A stretch of 64,000 bases of DNA from Clostridia bacterium (GCA_017456005.1 JAFTLJ010000037.1:7808-71807), one strand, 5' to 3'. Numbered from the stretch's first letter, positions 36,861 through 45,985 are shown. The notes: generated from the letters alone by a model not told the origin. Made by a program: numbers and translations.

Positions 36861-37184
36861 TCCGTCTATACGCGTAAAAGCTGTATCTATTTCGCCTTTG
36901 GCGATAAGGTCGTTTATAACGGATATTATTTCCTGCTTGCCTATCTTTTCTATAAAAACAGGCTTATCCACACAAAAATATTTACCGAAAAGAAATTCGC
37001 CCGTGGCGCGGTTTTTGCGCGCCTGCGAAAAAAGGTTTTCGTATGTAAAAAACGTGCCGCAGTAAAGCGCGCCGTCGCTCAGCTGAAAAATAACGTCTGT
37101 GTTTTCGTCTTTTTCGTTAAAGCTCTCGGCCCATTCTTCAAATTCAAACCATATATCTAAAAGCTCGCGTGTGTCTTGCTTTTT
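36843..37184 (-). CDS. hypothetical cytoplasmic protein (113 aa)
   Basis: ATG at 37184 lies 6 nt after GAGG. The ORF-track start at 37202 would overlap the upstream gene. No recognisable motif. Confidence 0.55.
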   Translation of the reverse strand, partial: KKQDTRELLDIWFEFEEWAESFNEKDENTDVIFQLSDGALYCGTFFTYENLFSQARKNRATGEFLFGKYFCVDKPVFIEKIGKQEIISVINDLIAKGEIDTAFTRIDGKNSVG

Positions 37185-37194
37185 CATGGCCGCC

Positions 37195-37734
37195 TCATTC
37201 ATTCAGCATAAGCTTTGCTTTTTTCAATGCCAGAACTATTATAGGCACGAGCGCTATCTGCAAAATTATGCCGGGTACGCTGCCTGCAAACGCGGAAGCC
37301 CAGAAAACTGTGAAGCTGAAGCTTGTTTCGCGCAAGCCTGCTAGAGCAAAGCTCACAGCGCCCCAAGCTATTCTGCCCGCAAGCATGGATGCCACGAGCG
37401 TTATGTAGATATAAACGGTTTTTTTGGGCAGAAGCTTGTAGAGAAGCCCTGCGCAAAGCCCGTATACGGCAAGCTCAAAAGCCATAGGTATAGCGCTCCA
37501 GAGAAGCGGCATGCCGAATATGAAATGGCGCATAAGCGGCGCGATAGCGCCCACAGCCGCACCGCACAGAGGTCCGCATATAAAACCGCAGAGAAGCACG
37601 GGTATGTGCATGGGGCAGAGCGCGGCGCCGAAGCTTTGCATTTGCCCCGTGAGAAAGGGGAGCAGGAGAGCTATGGCGAGAAACATTGCCGAATATACGA
37701 GTTTTTTTATAAAAAATAAATTTTTTTCTGTCAT
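37195..37734 (-). CDS. ECF-transporter S component (substrate unknown)
   Basis: 179 aa, about 6 TM. The ...CPMHIPVLLCGFICGP... pattern resembles ThiW/QueT-like S components. No ECF A/T genes are adjacent. Confidence 0.65.
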   Translation of the reverse strand: MTEKNLFFIKKLVYSAMFLAIALLLPFLTGQMQSFGAALCPMHIPVLLCGFICGPLCGAAVGAIAPLMRHFIFGMPLLWSAIPMAFELAVYGLCAGLLYKLLPKKTVYIYITLVASMLAGRIAWGAVSFALAGLRETSFSFTVFWASAFAGSVPGIILQIALVPIIVLALKKAKLMLNE

Positions 37735-37755
37735 TATTTGCCTCTTTACGGATTT

Positions 37756-37974
37756 TTATTTAAATTTTCGCGGCTCGCTTAGAATTCCTGCAAGGTAATC
37801 GAGCGAAACGTTATAGAATTTTGCGAGAGTTATAAAATGGTGCATGGGCATTTCGCGTTTGCCGCTTTCGTATAACTGATATTGTTGCGTTGTTATTCCC
37901 AAAATCTTTGCTGCTTTTTCTTGTGTAAGGTCGAAATCCTCTCTCAAATCGCGAAGTCTTTGATAAATGTACAT
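37756..37974 (-). CDS. XRE-family HTH regulator (72 aa), copy 1
   Basis: LRDLREDFDLTQEKAAKILGITTQQYQLYESGKR is a Cro/C1-type HTH. C-terminal HHFITLAKFYNVSLDYLAGILSEPRK is shared with copy 2. Confidence 0.88.
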   Translation of the reverse strand: MYIYQRLRDLREDFDLTQEKAAKILGITTQQYQLYESGKREMPMHHFITLAKFYNVSLDYLAGILSEPRKFK

Positions 37975-38004
37975 AAAAAGTCTTCCTTTCGAGCAACAAA
38001 AATG

Positions 38005-38223
38005 TTATTTTAATTTTCGCGGTTCGCTTAGAATTCCTGCAAGGTAATCGAGCGAAACGTTATAGAATTTCGCGAGAGTTATAAAATGGTGCAGGGGTAT
38101 CTCCCGTTTTCCGCTTTCGTATGTTGCATATTGCTGGCGCACCATTCCCAAAACTTCCGCTATTTCTTCTTGAGTTTTATCGTTATCTTCTCTTAAATCT
38201 TTAAGCCTTCTGTAAAAATACAT
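38005..38223 (-). CDS. XRE-family HTH regulator (72 aa), copy 2 (tandem duplicate, 249-bp period)
   Basis: LKDLREDNDKTQEEIAEVLGMVRQQYATYESGKR. The 3' ~85 nt is near-identical to copy 1. Confidence 0.88.
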   Translation of the reverse strand: MYFYRRLKDLREDNDKTQEEIAEVLGMVRQQYATYESGKREIPLHHFITLAKFYNVSLDYLAGILSEPRKLK

Positions 38224-38277
38224 ATAATTTCACCACGTATATATAATATTTTTTGTTTATTAAGCAGATTATATCAC

Positions 38278-38349
38278 GCAATCATTTGATTGCACTTGAA
38301 ATGCAATCAAATGACTGCTATAATAATGATATGCAACCAAATGGTTGCG
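38278..38349 (+). promoter_or_regulatory. promoter TTGAAA-17-TATAAT overlaid by three palindromic operators
   Basis: O1 GCAATCATTTGATTGC (38278-38293). -35 TTGAAA (38296-38301). O2 TGCAATCAAATGACTGC (38302-38318) fills the spacer. -10 TATAAT (38319-38324). O3 TGCAACCAAATGGTTGCG (38332-38349). Confidence 0.7.
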
Positions 38350-38366
38350 AAAAGGAGGTGGAAGAT

Positions 38367-38597
38367 ATGACGGAAATGAAGGCAGAGAAGAATTTTCTTC
38401 TTTGTAATTGCGAAGATAAAATACACAATATGGTGTTCCGCTTGAATTTTTGGCGCGAGGTATACAGCTGTGTGGGGCCGGAATTATACGAAGTTTTTCT
38501 TTTTCTCGTTTTCGAGGAACTGGACAGGTATTCGAGCGTGCTTTCGGAAGTAGCAGACGGTCTTGAATCGGCGCGGAAAATGCCCGATATAGCATAA
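38367..38597 (+). CDS. small hypothetical protein (76 aa)
   Basis: ATG at 38367 lies 6 nt after AAGGAGGTG. MTEMKAEKNFLLCNCEDKIH... Terminator follows. Confidence 0.6.
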   Translation: MTEMKAEKNFLLCNCEDKIHNMVFRLNFWREVYSCVGPELYEVFLFLVFEELDRYSSVLSEVADGLESARKMPDIA

Positions 38598-38605
38598 TTT
38601 AACGC

Positions 38606-38632
38606 AAAAAACGCACCAAATGGTGCGTTTTT
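38606..38632. terminator. bidirectional terminator
   Basis: AAAAACGCACCA-AA-TGGTGCGTTTTT hairpin between convergent genes. Confidence 0.8.
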
Positions 38633-38641
38633 GCTTTTGTA

Positions 38642-40522
38642 TCAGGTTACAAGACCTGCGCTTTGCTTGTTGTAGAGCTTGGAGTATTCTCCGCCCTTCT
38701 TGATAAGCTCTGCGTGGTTGCCGGATTCCGCTATCATACCGTCCTTGAGAACGATTATTACGTCGGCATCGCGTATGGTAGAAAGGCGGTGGGCGATGAT
38801 GAATGTTGTTCTGCCTTTCATAAGGTTTACCATAGCTTTTTGAATGTTCATTTCCGTGCGCGTGTCTACAGAAGATGTAGCTTCATCCAAAATGAGTATT
38901 TTCGGGTCTTCCAAAACGGCGCGCGCTATGGCGAGCAGCTGGCGCTGGCCCTGCGAAAGGTTCGTGCCGCCCTCGGAAAGCTGTGTGGCATAGCCGTCCG
39001 GCAGGCGCTCTGTAAAGTGGTCTGCCATAGCGGTGTCTGCCGCCGCTTTAACCTGTGCGTGTGTGGCATCTATTTTGCCGTAGCGTATATTGTTCTCTAT
39101 GGTGTCGCCCCAAAGCACCGTGTCCTGCAAAACTATGGACGTGTGGCGGCGCAGGCTTTGCTTGGAAATTTTCGTTATATCTACGCCGTCTATGGTTATT
39201 TTGCCGCTTTGCGGCTCGTAGAAACGCATAAGCAGGTTGATGATTGTGGTTTTGCCGGAGCCCGTGGCGCCTACTATGGCTATTTTCTGCCCGGGGGAAA
39301 CGGAAAGCGAGAAGTTTTTAAGCACTGTTTTTTCGGGAACGTAGCCGAAATATATGTTTTGGAACTCTATTTTTCCTTCCATTTTTTCTGTATCCAGCTC
39401 ACGCACACCATCGTTTATTTCATCGGGCTCGTCCATAATGGCGAAGATGCGCTCTGCACCCGCCAAAGCCGTCATAATAGTGGAGTATTGGTTTGCTATC
39501 ATATTTACGGGGTGGGTGAACTTTTTGGAATAGAGAAGTATAGACTGTATCGTGCCGGGGGTGAGCCCTGCGCCGATGGGCAGGTGGTTGAACTTAACCA
39601 TAAGCACGCCGCCCGTTATTGCGAGAAGCACATACTGCAGGTTGCCCAGAAAGTTCATAATAGGACCCATAAGAGATCCGAAAACACGCGCTTTTATGGT
39701 GCATTTGCGCAGCTTATCGGCGCTTTGTGCAAAATCTTCCACGGCGGCTTTTTCTTTGCCGTAGGAAACGACGGTGCGGTAGCCGGAAACCATTTCCTCT
39801 ACGTGCGTATTGAGCTTGCCGAGCAGCTTTTGCTGTTCTGTGAAATATTTGCGCATAAACTTGGCAAGGTTTGTGGAAACGAGCACTGTAAGCGGTATGG
39901 TGATCAGCGCGATAAGCGTCATAAGAGGGCTGAGGTAGATCATCATGGCCGCAACGCCCGCGAGCGTGATTATGGCAGAGAAGAGCGTGGAAACCGACTG
40001 CGAAATAGCGTTGGAAACGTTTTCTACGTCGTTTGTCATACTGCTCATCATATCGCCGTGGCGATGGCTGTCTGTATAGCTGATGGAAAGGTGGGAAATT
40101 TTTGCGAAAAGGTCGCCGCGCATACGGTAGACCGTATTTTGCGCCAGCTTTGCGGAAAGCAAGCCCTGCACGTAAGTTACCACAGCGCTTGCGGCGAAAA
40201 TTATGCCCATAAGCACGAGGTATTTTTTCATTTCCTCTAAGTTTACGGTGAATTTGCCGTCTACTATCTTGATAGTGTCTATGGCTTTACCCTGGAGCAT
40301 GGGGCCGAGTATATCTGCGCCCGTAACCACTAGCACGAGCACTAGCAAGGTTATGAGTATGGCACGGCTTTTGCCTATGTAGGAAAAGAGGCGGGCGAGC
40401 GTTTTGCCAAGGTTTTTTGGCTTTTGCGCGTTCATTCTTGCGCCCATAGGGCCGCCGGGGCCGCCGCCCGGTCTGCCCACGTTCGGCATATTGGAGGGGG
40501 GAGCTTTTCTTTCTTCTGCCAT
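38642..40522 (-). CDS. ABC exporter, fused permease/ATPase (heterodimer subunit)
   Basis: 6-TM domain. Walker A GATGSGKTT, signature LSQGQRQ, Walker B ILILDEATS. Gly/Pro-rich N-terminal extension. Confidence 0.92.
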   Translation of the reverse strand: MAEERKAPPSNMPNVGRPGGGPGGPMGARMNAQKPKNLGKTLARLFSYIGKSRAILITLLVLVLVVTGADILGPMLQGKAIDTIKIVDGKFTVNLEEMKKYLVLMGIIFAASAVVTYVQGLLSAKLAQNTVYRMRGDLFAKISHLSISYTDSHRHGDMMSSMTNDVENVSNAISQSVSTLFSAIITLAGVAAMMIYLSPLMTLIALITIPLTVLVSTNLAKFMRKYFTEQQKLLGKLNTHVEEMVSGYRTVVSYGKEKAAVEDFAQSADKLRKCTIKARVFGSLMGPIMNFLGNLQYVLLAITGGVLMVKFNHLPIGAGLTPGTIQSILLYSKKFTHPVNMIANQYSTIMTALAGAERIFAIMDEPDEINDGVRELDTEKMEGKIEFQNIYFGYVPEKTVLKNFSLSVSPGQKIAIVGATGSGKTTIINLLMRFYEPQSGKITIDGVDITKISKQSLRRHTSIVLQDTVLWGDTIENNIRYGKIDATHAQVKAAADTAMADHFTERLPDGYATQLSEGGTNLSQGQRQLLAIARAVLEDPKILILDEATSSVDTRTEMNIQKAMVNLMKGRTTFIIAHRLSTIRDADVIIVLKDGMIAESGNHAELIKKGGEYSKLYNKQSAGLVT

Positions 40523-40523
40523 T

Positions 40524-42341
40524 TTACAGCACCTCCTTTTTGCCGTATTCGCGCATCTGGGAATTGTAGATGTCGCGGTACGTTTCGCTTATTTCAAGCA
40601 GCTTTTCGTGTGGGGCGACGTGAAGTATGGAGCCATCGTTTTCTATAACGGCTATTCTGTCTGCCTCCATAACGCTGGCAATACGCTGTGCCACCATAAC
40701 AACAGTTGTTTCGGCAGAGCTTTCGCGCACAGCCGTGCGGAGCTTTGCCTCTGTTACAAGGTCGAGCGCGCTTGTGGAGTCGTCTAAAATAAGTATTTCG
40801 GGCTTGCGCACGAGCGCACGGGCTATGGACACACGCTGTTTCTGGCCGCCGGAAAGGGATGCGCCCTTTTCAGCTACAAATGTGTCGTAGCCATCGGGGA
40901 AACGAGAGATAAATTCATCTGCCTGCGCGATTTTTGCCGCCGCCAGCACTTCTTCGTGCGTGGCATCGGGCTTGCCCCAGCGGATATTACCCTCTATTGT
41001 ATCGGAGAAAAGCTCGCTTTTCTGCATAACGTAACCTATTTTGGAGCGCAAAGCGTCGAGGTCGTGCTCTTTTATGTTTATACCGTCTATAAGCACCTCG
41101 CCCTCTGTGGCATCATAGAAGCGGGGGATAAGATATACGAGCGAAGATTTGCCGCAGCCTGTGGAGCCGATAATGGCGAGGGTTTCGCCCTTCTTGATAT
41201 CGAGGTTTATGTTTTTAAGCACGGGTCTGCCGTGTGTGCCGGGGTAACGGAAGGAAACATCGCGGAAGGAAATCGCTGTTTTATCCGGGGAAGCAGTTTT
41301 CCTGCCGCTTACGATAACGGGCTTTGTGGAAAGTATCTCGTTAACACGCTTTGCGGAAGCGCCCGCACGGATGATGGATTGGAAAATATTCGTAGCCATC
41401 ATAACGGACATAATTACCTGTGTTATATAAGTGATTGCCGCCATAATATCGCCCGTGCTCATGCCCGCGCTCTCTATGCTTATGTTAAAGCCGCCTATGT
41501 AGATTACAGCGATGATGGAAAAGTTCATTATTATAGTAAGCACGGGGGAGATTATTGCCATTGTGGTGAGCGCTTTTAAGTTTTCGTCGCGCAGGGCGCT
41601 GTTTGCTACGTCGAAGCGCTGGCATTCATAATCCTCGCGCACGAAGGCTTTTACCACGCGCGCGCCGCCTATGTTTTCGCCCACAACAGAGTTTACTTTG
41701 TCCAGCTTCTGCTGTATACGCGTGTAGATGGGTGTTACGCGTATGAGCACGCCGATAACCACAGCCAGCAGCACGGGTATGGCACAGAGCAGCACCGTGG
41801 TGAATTTGAGGTCCAGCATAATTATCATAAACGTGCCGCCGATGATGAACATGGGGGAGCGCACAAAGCCGCGCATTATCATTTCGAAAAATTCCACCAC
41901 TATGGAAATATCGTTTGTCATTCTTGTGATGATAGAGCCCGTGGTGAATTTATCCGTCTGCTCTATTGAAAGGGACATAACCTTGCCGTATGCATCTCGG
42001 CGGAGGTCGTAGCCGAGGCCGTGCGCCGCTTTTGCGGAGGTGTATGCACAGAACATGCCGAAAAAGCCGCCGAGAAGCGTTATAAGAAGCATGGTTATGC
42101 CGAAGGTGACGATTATATCTACTTGCGTGTAGTGTTCGCCGAAGATGAAGTTAAGTATACCCGCGGCGAGCTTATCGCCCTTTTCGGGGTCTGTTACCTT
42201 TATGCCCTCTATGCCGTAGTTTACGATGTATTTCATAAAGTTCGGCAGGGAAAGGTCTGCCGCAACCTCTGCCATCATCATAAGCGGGGATATGATGGCG
42301 AGAAACCAATAAGGCTTCAGGTATGAAAACATTTTTTTCAT
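40524..42341 (-). CDS. ABC exporter, fused permease/ATPase (heterodimer subunit)
   Basis: GSTGCGKSS, LSGGQKQR and ILILDDSTS motifs. Separated from its partner gene by 1 nt. Confidence 0.92.
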   Translation of the reverse strand: MKKMFSYLKPYWFLAIISPLMMMAEVAADLSLPNFMKYIVNYGIEGIKVTDPEKGDKLAAGILNFIFGEHYTQVDIIVTFGITMLLITLLGGFFGMFCAYTSAKAAHGLGYDLRRDAYGKVMSLSIEQTDKFTTGSIITRMTNDISIVVEFFEMIMRGFVRSPMFIIGGTFMIIMLDLKFTTVLLCAIPVLLAVVIGVLIRVTPIYTRIQQKLDKVNSVVGENIGGARVVKAFVREDYECQRFDVANSALRDENLKALTTMAIISPVLTIIMNFSIIAVIYIGGFNISIESAGMSTGDIMAAITYITQVIMSVMMATNIFQSIIRAGASAKRVNEILSTKPVIVSGRKTASPDKTAISFRDVSFRYPGTHGRPVLKNINLDIKKGETLAIIGSTGCGKSSLVYLIPRFYDATEGEVLIDGINIKEHDLDALRSKIGYVMQKSELFSDTIEGNIRWGKPDATHEEVLAAAKIAQADEFISRFPDGYDTFVAEKGASLSGGQKQRVSIARALVRKPEILILDDSTSALDLVTEAKLRTAVRESSAETTVVMVAQRIASVMEADRIAVIENDGSILHVAPHEKLLEISETYRDIYNSQMREYGKKEVL

Positions 42342-42817
42342 TTATTGTTGCCTCTCTTTCGTTCGGGTGGACCGTATAATTTTGCTTCCTCGCCGAATTT
42401 ATAGTCCCAATCGGCGAGCAGCTTGTTCATAAGGTTTTCCAGCGTTGTCAGTTCCTCAGATGTGAGCGAAAGCATCATTTGTTTAACAGCTTCCTGCTGC
42501 TTTACCATAACCTCTTCCGTGATTTTTCTGCCGTTTTCCGTTATGGTAACGTTTATATTGCGCTTGTCGTCGTCGTGGCAGGTGCGCACTATAAGCTCTT
42601 CGCTTTCCATCTTTGCCAGAATATCGCTGGCAGAGGAGGGGCGGATGTTCATTTTCTCCGCAAACACCTTTTGCGTTATCGTGCCGGAATCGTAGAGTAT
42701 GCGCAAAGCGCGGTCGCGCCCCGGTTTTTCGAAAAAACGGTGAAAAATATAATGCGCATACTTTTCCATAAGGAAAATAACGCGCGTTTTTTGCTCTAAA
42801 TTTTCGTTTTCTGTCAT
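42338..42817 (-). CDS. MarR-family transcriptional regulator
   Basis: ATG at 42817 follows AAAGGAGC. Winged-helix region QKVFAEKMNIRPSSASDILAKMESEELIVR. Overlaps the first ABC gene by 4 nt. Confidence 0.85.
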   Translation of the reverse strand: MTENENLEQKTRVIFLMEKYAHYIFHRFFEKPGRDRALRILYDSGTITQKVFAEKMNIRPSSASDILAKMESEELIVRTCHDDDKRNINVTITENGRKITEEVMVKQQEAVKQMMLSLTSEELTTLENLMNKLLADWDYKFGEEAKLYGPPERKRGNNK

Positions 42818-43018
42818 TTTTTGCTCCTTTCTGAAATTTTTACATAATAATATGATACACCCGTACACAAAAAATGTCAAGGTATCTAACAAAAAACTTT
42901 CGGTATCGAATGAATTTTGCGGCTGATCTGTAAAAAATGTTTTTTGGAAAATTTTTTCTTTAATTTATGTTACGTCAGCGAAAAAAATGGTACTATATTA
43001 GTGAAAGGGGGCACTTTT

Positions 43019-43576
43019 ATGAAAGACAGCGATATTGTAGAGCTTTATTTCGCACGTGATGAGCGTGCCATAGAAGAAACAGAGCGAAAATACGGGCGGT
43101 ATTGCCGAACGGTTGCATATAACGTTTTCGCAAACGAGGCAGATGCGGAGGAAACCGTGAACGATACGTACCTCGGCGTGTGGAACATCATTCCGCCTCA
43201 AAGGCCGCGCATTTTTTCCGCATTCCTCGCGAAAATAACGCGCAACCTCGCGCTGAAAAAACAGCGCGCAAAGTCGGCTCAAAAGCGCGGTGGCGAAGCG
43301 GAGCTTACGCTTTTGGAGCTGTGCGAATGTGTGCCCGATGAAAGCGACGTGGAAAAAGAGCTTGAGGTGCGCGAGCTTTCCGCCGTAATAGATGCATTTC
43401 TGCGCGAGCTGCCCGAAACCGAACGCCGCGTTTTTATGCGTAGATATTGGTATATGGATAGCATAGACGACATCTGCCGCGCACACGGCTTTACCGAGGG
43501 CAAGGTGAAGATGCTCCTTTCACGCACGCGAAAGAAACTTTTGGCAAGACTTATGAAGGAAGGTGTTAACTTATGA
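43019..43576 (+). CDS. ECF-type sigma-70 family RNA polymerase sigma factor
   Basis: Region 2 (EETVNDTYLGVW) and region 4 (ERRVFMRRYWYMDSIDDICRAHGFTEGKVKMLLSRTRKKL). ATG at 43019 follows GAAAGGGGG. Confidence 0.88.
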   Translation: MKDSDIVELYFARDERAIEETERKYGRYCRTVAYNVFANEADAEETVNDTYLGVWNIIPPQRPRIFSAFLAKITRNLALKKQRAKSAQKRGGEAELTLLELCECVPDESDVEKELEVRELSAVIDAFLRELPETERRVFMRRYWYMDSIDDICRAHGFTEGKVKMLLSRTRKKLLARLMKEGVNL

Positions 43577-44997
43577 AGATAAAAAAAGGCGAAAAATTGC
43601 AGGACGCCATAGGTATGGTGGGAGATGACCTCGTGGCAGAGGCGGCGCAAGCGCCCAAAAAGGCAAAATCAAGGCGCAAGATTTGGGTTTCCGCGCTGGC
43701 GGCGTGCCTTGCGCTGTGTATAATAGCTTTTGCTGTTCTGAACCCGTTTGAGCCCGCCGTGGGCAACGCATACGCGCTCGTTCTGGCGGAATACCCCGAA
43801 ACGCCGCGTTACCCGGGTAGTTTTAATTATGATTCACCGGAATACGAAGCTTGGAGCGAAGCCAGAAGCGAACGCTGGGCGAATATTGAAAACATAGATG
43901 TGGAAGCGTTTACGGCTTTTATAGGAAAGACGGTGCCCGAATTTTTGAATACGGAAAACGGCGAAAACGCGATATATTCGCCGCTTAACGTATATATGGC
44001 GCTTGCGATGATGGCGGAAAGCTCAAGCGGAAACAGCCGAAAACAGATACTTGAGCTTATGGGTATGGAAAACATAGAGGCTTTGCGCAAAAACACGCAC
44101 GCGCTTTGGTGCTTGAACTATATGAATGACGGTACGTCTACCTGCATACCCGCAAATTCCGTGTGGCTCGACGATGGCGCGGCGTTTAAAAAATCCGTGC
44201 TGGAAACACTTTCCGAAAAATATTACGCCTCCGTTTTTCGCGGCGAAATGGGTTCGGAGGAATACAACGAGGCTTTCAGGGCTTGGCTTAACGAGCAAAC
44301 GGGCGGTCTTTTGGAAGATCAGATAGGCGAAATGGGCTTTTCGCCCGAAACGGTTATGGCGCTCGTTTCCACACTGTATTTCAAAGCGCCTTGGCAAAAT
44401 GAATTTTCGGAAGAAAATAATATAAAAGGAATTTTTTATACACCGAGCGGCGAAGCGGAATGCGAGTTTATGAATAAGACATACGTGGATTCATATTATT
44501 ATCTGCCTAAATTTTCTGCGGTTTCGCTGAATTTCAAAAACAGCGGAAAAATGTTCTTTGTGTTGCCCGACGAGGGGTATACGCCCGAAGACCTGCTGGC
44601 AGACGTGGATTTTGCGGATTTTGTGGCGTATGGCGGTTCTGCTTCGCCATATAAGAACGTTATAGTGAATCTTTCCGTGCCGAAATTTGACGTTTCCGAT
44701 GAAACGAGCCTTAAAGAAGGCTTGCAAAACCTCGGTGTAACGGATATTTTCGACAGCTCCAAGGCAGATTTCGGAATACTTACGGGAAAACCGCTTTTCG
44801 TAGCCTCTGCCAAACACAGCGCAAGAGTTGTTATAGACGAAAAAGGCTGCGTGGCTGCGGCAATAACGCTTCTTGAGGTAGGCGCAGGCATACCCGATGA
44901 CGAGGTTGATTTCGTGCTCGACAGACCTTTTATATTCGTTATAACGAGCGACGCCGGCTTGCCGCTTTTTGTGGGTATTGTAAACTCGCCGAATTAA
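43573..44997 (+). CDS. membrane-anchored serpin with short sigma-partner-type N-terminus (candidate anti-sigma)
   Basis: ATGA start/stop overlap with the sigma gene. Residues 1-35 cytoplasmic (LQDAIGMVGDDLVAEA...KKAKSRRK), then TM WVSALAACLALCIIAFAVL. Serpin body: IYSPLNVYMALAMMA, LYFKAPWQNEF, hinge EKGCVAAAIT and DRPFIFVI. Confidence 0.85.
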   Translation: MKIKKGEKLQDAIGMVGDDLVAEAAQAPKKAKSRRKIWVSALAACLALCIIAFAVLNPFEPAVGNAYALVLAEYPETPRYPGSFNYDSPEYEAWSEARSERWANIENIDVEAFTAFIGKTVPEFLNTENGENAIYSPLNVYMALAMMAESSSGNSRKQILELMGMENIEALRKNTHALWCLNYMNDGTSTCIPANSVWLDDGAAFKKSVLETLSEKYYASVFRGEMGSEEYNEAFRAWLNEQTGGLLEDQIGEMGFSPETVMALVSTLYFKAPWQNEFSEENNIKGIFYTPSGEAECEFMNKTYVDSYYYLPKFSAVSLNFKNSGKMFFVLPDEGYTPEDLLADVDFADFVAYGGSASPYKNVIVNLSVPKFDVSDETSLKEGLQNLGVTDIFDSSKADFGILTGKPLFVASAKHSARVVIDEKGCVAAAITLLEVGAGIPDDEVDFVLDRPFIFVITSDAGLPLFVGIVNSPN

Positions 44998-45003
44998 GCT
45001 TTT

Positions 45004-45031
45004 AAGGGACGGTTTTACCGTCCCTTCTTTG
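45004..45031 (+). terminator. rho-independent terminator
   Basis: AAGGGACGG-TTTTA-CCGTCCCTT hairpin followed by CTTT. Confidence 0.7.
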
Positions 45032-45108
45032 GTACGCTTACGGCTTTTTACCTTGACGGGGCACGGGAAAAGTGTTAGAATAAAGAAAAGCTCTCTTTCG
45101 AGGTAATT

Positions 45109-45951
45109 ATGGAAAACAGAAAAATTATAAACGATATACTTATGTGCCCCGTGTGCGGCGGCAGACTTTTGCTTACGGCAGACGGCAGAAGCGCCGCGTG
45201 CGACGGCAGAGGGAAACGCCACCTTTTCGATTTTGCTTCGGGTGGATATATAAACCTATATACCTCCCGTGCGGCGGGCGGCGACAGCGCCGAGTGCATA
45301 AACGCGCGAAATGCGTTCCTTGCAAAGGGCTACTACGAAAAAATTTCCGATGCCGTGAACGCACTTTTGGATAAATATGTTGGCGCAGGCGCGCGCGTGC
45401 TGGACGCAGGCTGCGGTGAGGGGTATTATACGAACAGAATGGCGGCAGAGGGAAACAATGTTTTTGGCTTTGACCTTTCCAAGGCAGGCGTGAACACGGG
45501 CGCTAAAGCGGCAAAGCGTGCCTCTTTGCCCTCTTTCTTTGGCGTGGCGAGCGTTTTTGCCTTGCCTGTACTTTCCGGCAGTATGGATGCCGTTACCACT
45601 ATCTTTGCCCCATGCGCAGAGGAGGAATATGCGCGCGTTCTGCGCGAAAACGGCATACTGCTGCTGGCAGGCGCCGGCAAAGAGCACCTTATCGACCTAA
45701 AAAAAGCCATATACGATTCCGCATATGAAAACGAGGGCAGACGCGACCTGCCCACGGAAAAATTCGAACTTTTGGAGGAAACGAGCGTAACGTACGATAT
45801 AACGCTCGAAAGCGCCGCCGATGTGCAGAACCTTTTTGCCATGACACCGTATTTCTACCGCACCTCGCAGAAGGACAAGGAGAAATTGCATACAATTTGT
45901 GAACTTTCCACAAAAATAGACGTGGAATTATTTATATATAAGAAAAAATAA
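45109..45951 (+). CDS. RlmA/RrmA-type 23S rRNA (guanine-N1)-methyltransferase
   Basis: N-terminal Zn ribbon CPVCGG...C..RGKRHLFDFASGGYINL and SAM motif VLDAGCGEGYY. Promoter TTGACG-17-TAGAAT at 45053-45081. Confidence 0.85.
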   Translation: MENRKIINDILMCPVCGGRLLLTADGRSAACDGRGKRHLFDFASGGYINLYTSRAAGGDSAECINARNAFLAKGYYEKISDAVNALLDKYVGAGARVLDAGCGEGYYTNRMAAEGNNVFGFDLSKAGVNTGAKAAKRASLPSFFGVASVFALPVLSGSMDAVTTIFAPCAEEEYARVLRENGILLLAGAGKEHLIDLKKAIYDSAYENEGRRDLPTEKFELLEETSVTYDITLESAADVQNLFAMTPYFYRTSQKDKEKLHTICELSTKIDVELFIYKKK

Positions 45952-45956
45952 AAGTA

Positions 45957-45985
45957 TTGACTTTTTTTATATCGGAATGTATAAT
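45957..45985 (+). promoter_or_regulatory. sigma-A promoter of the T-box leader
   Basis: TTGACT (45957-45962), 17 nt, TATAAT (45980-45985). Confidence 0.65.

Noticed and set aside
42900-43018. ECF-type autoregulated promoter (GGAAC-N16/17-CGTC-like) upstream of the sigma gene.
   Set aside because: GGAAAA and CGTC are present but ~21 nt apart, which is outside the usual spacing. I could not distinguish this from a sigma-A promoter (TTACGT-18-TATATT), so no call was made.
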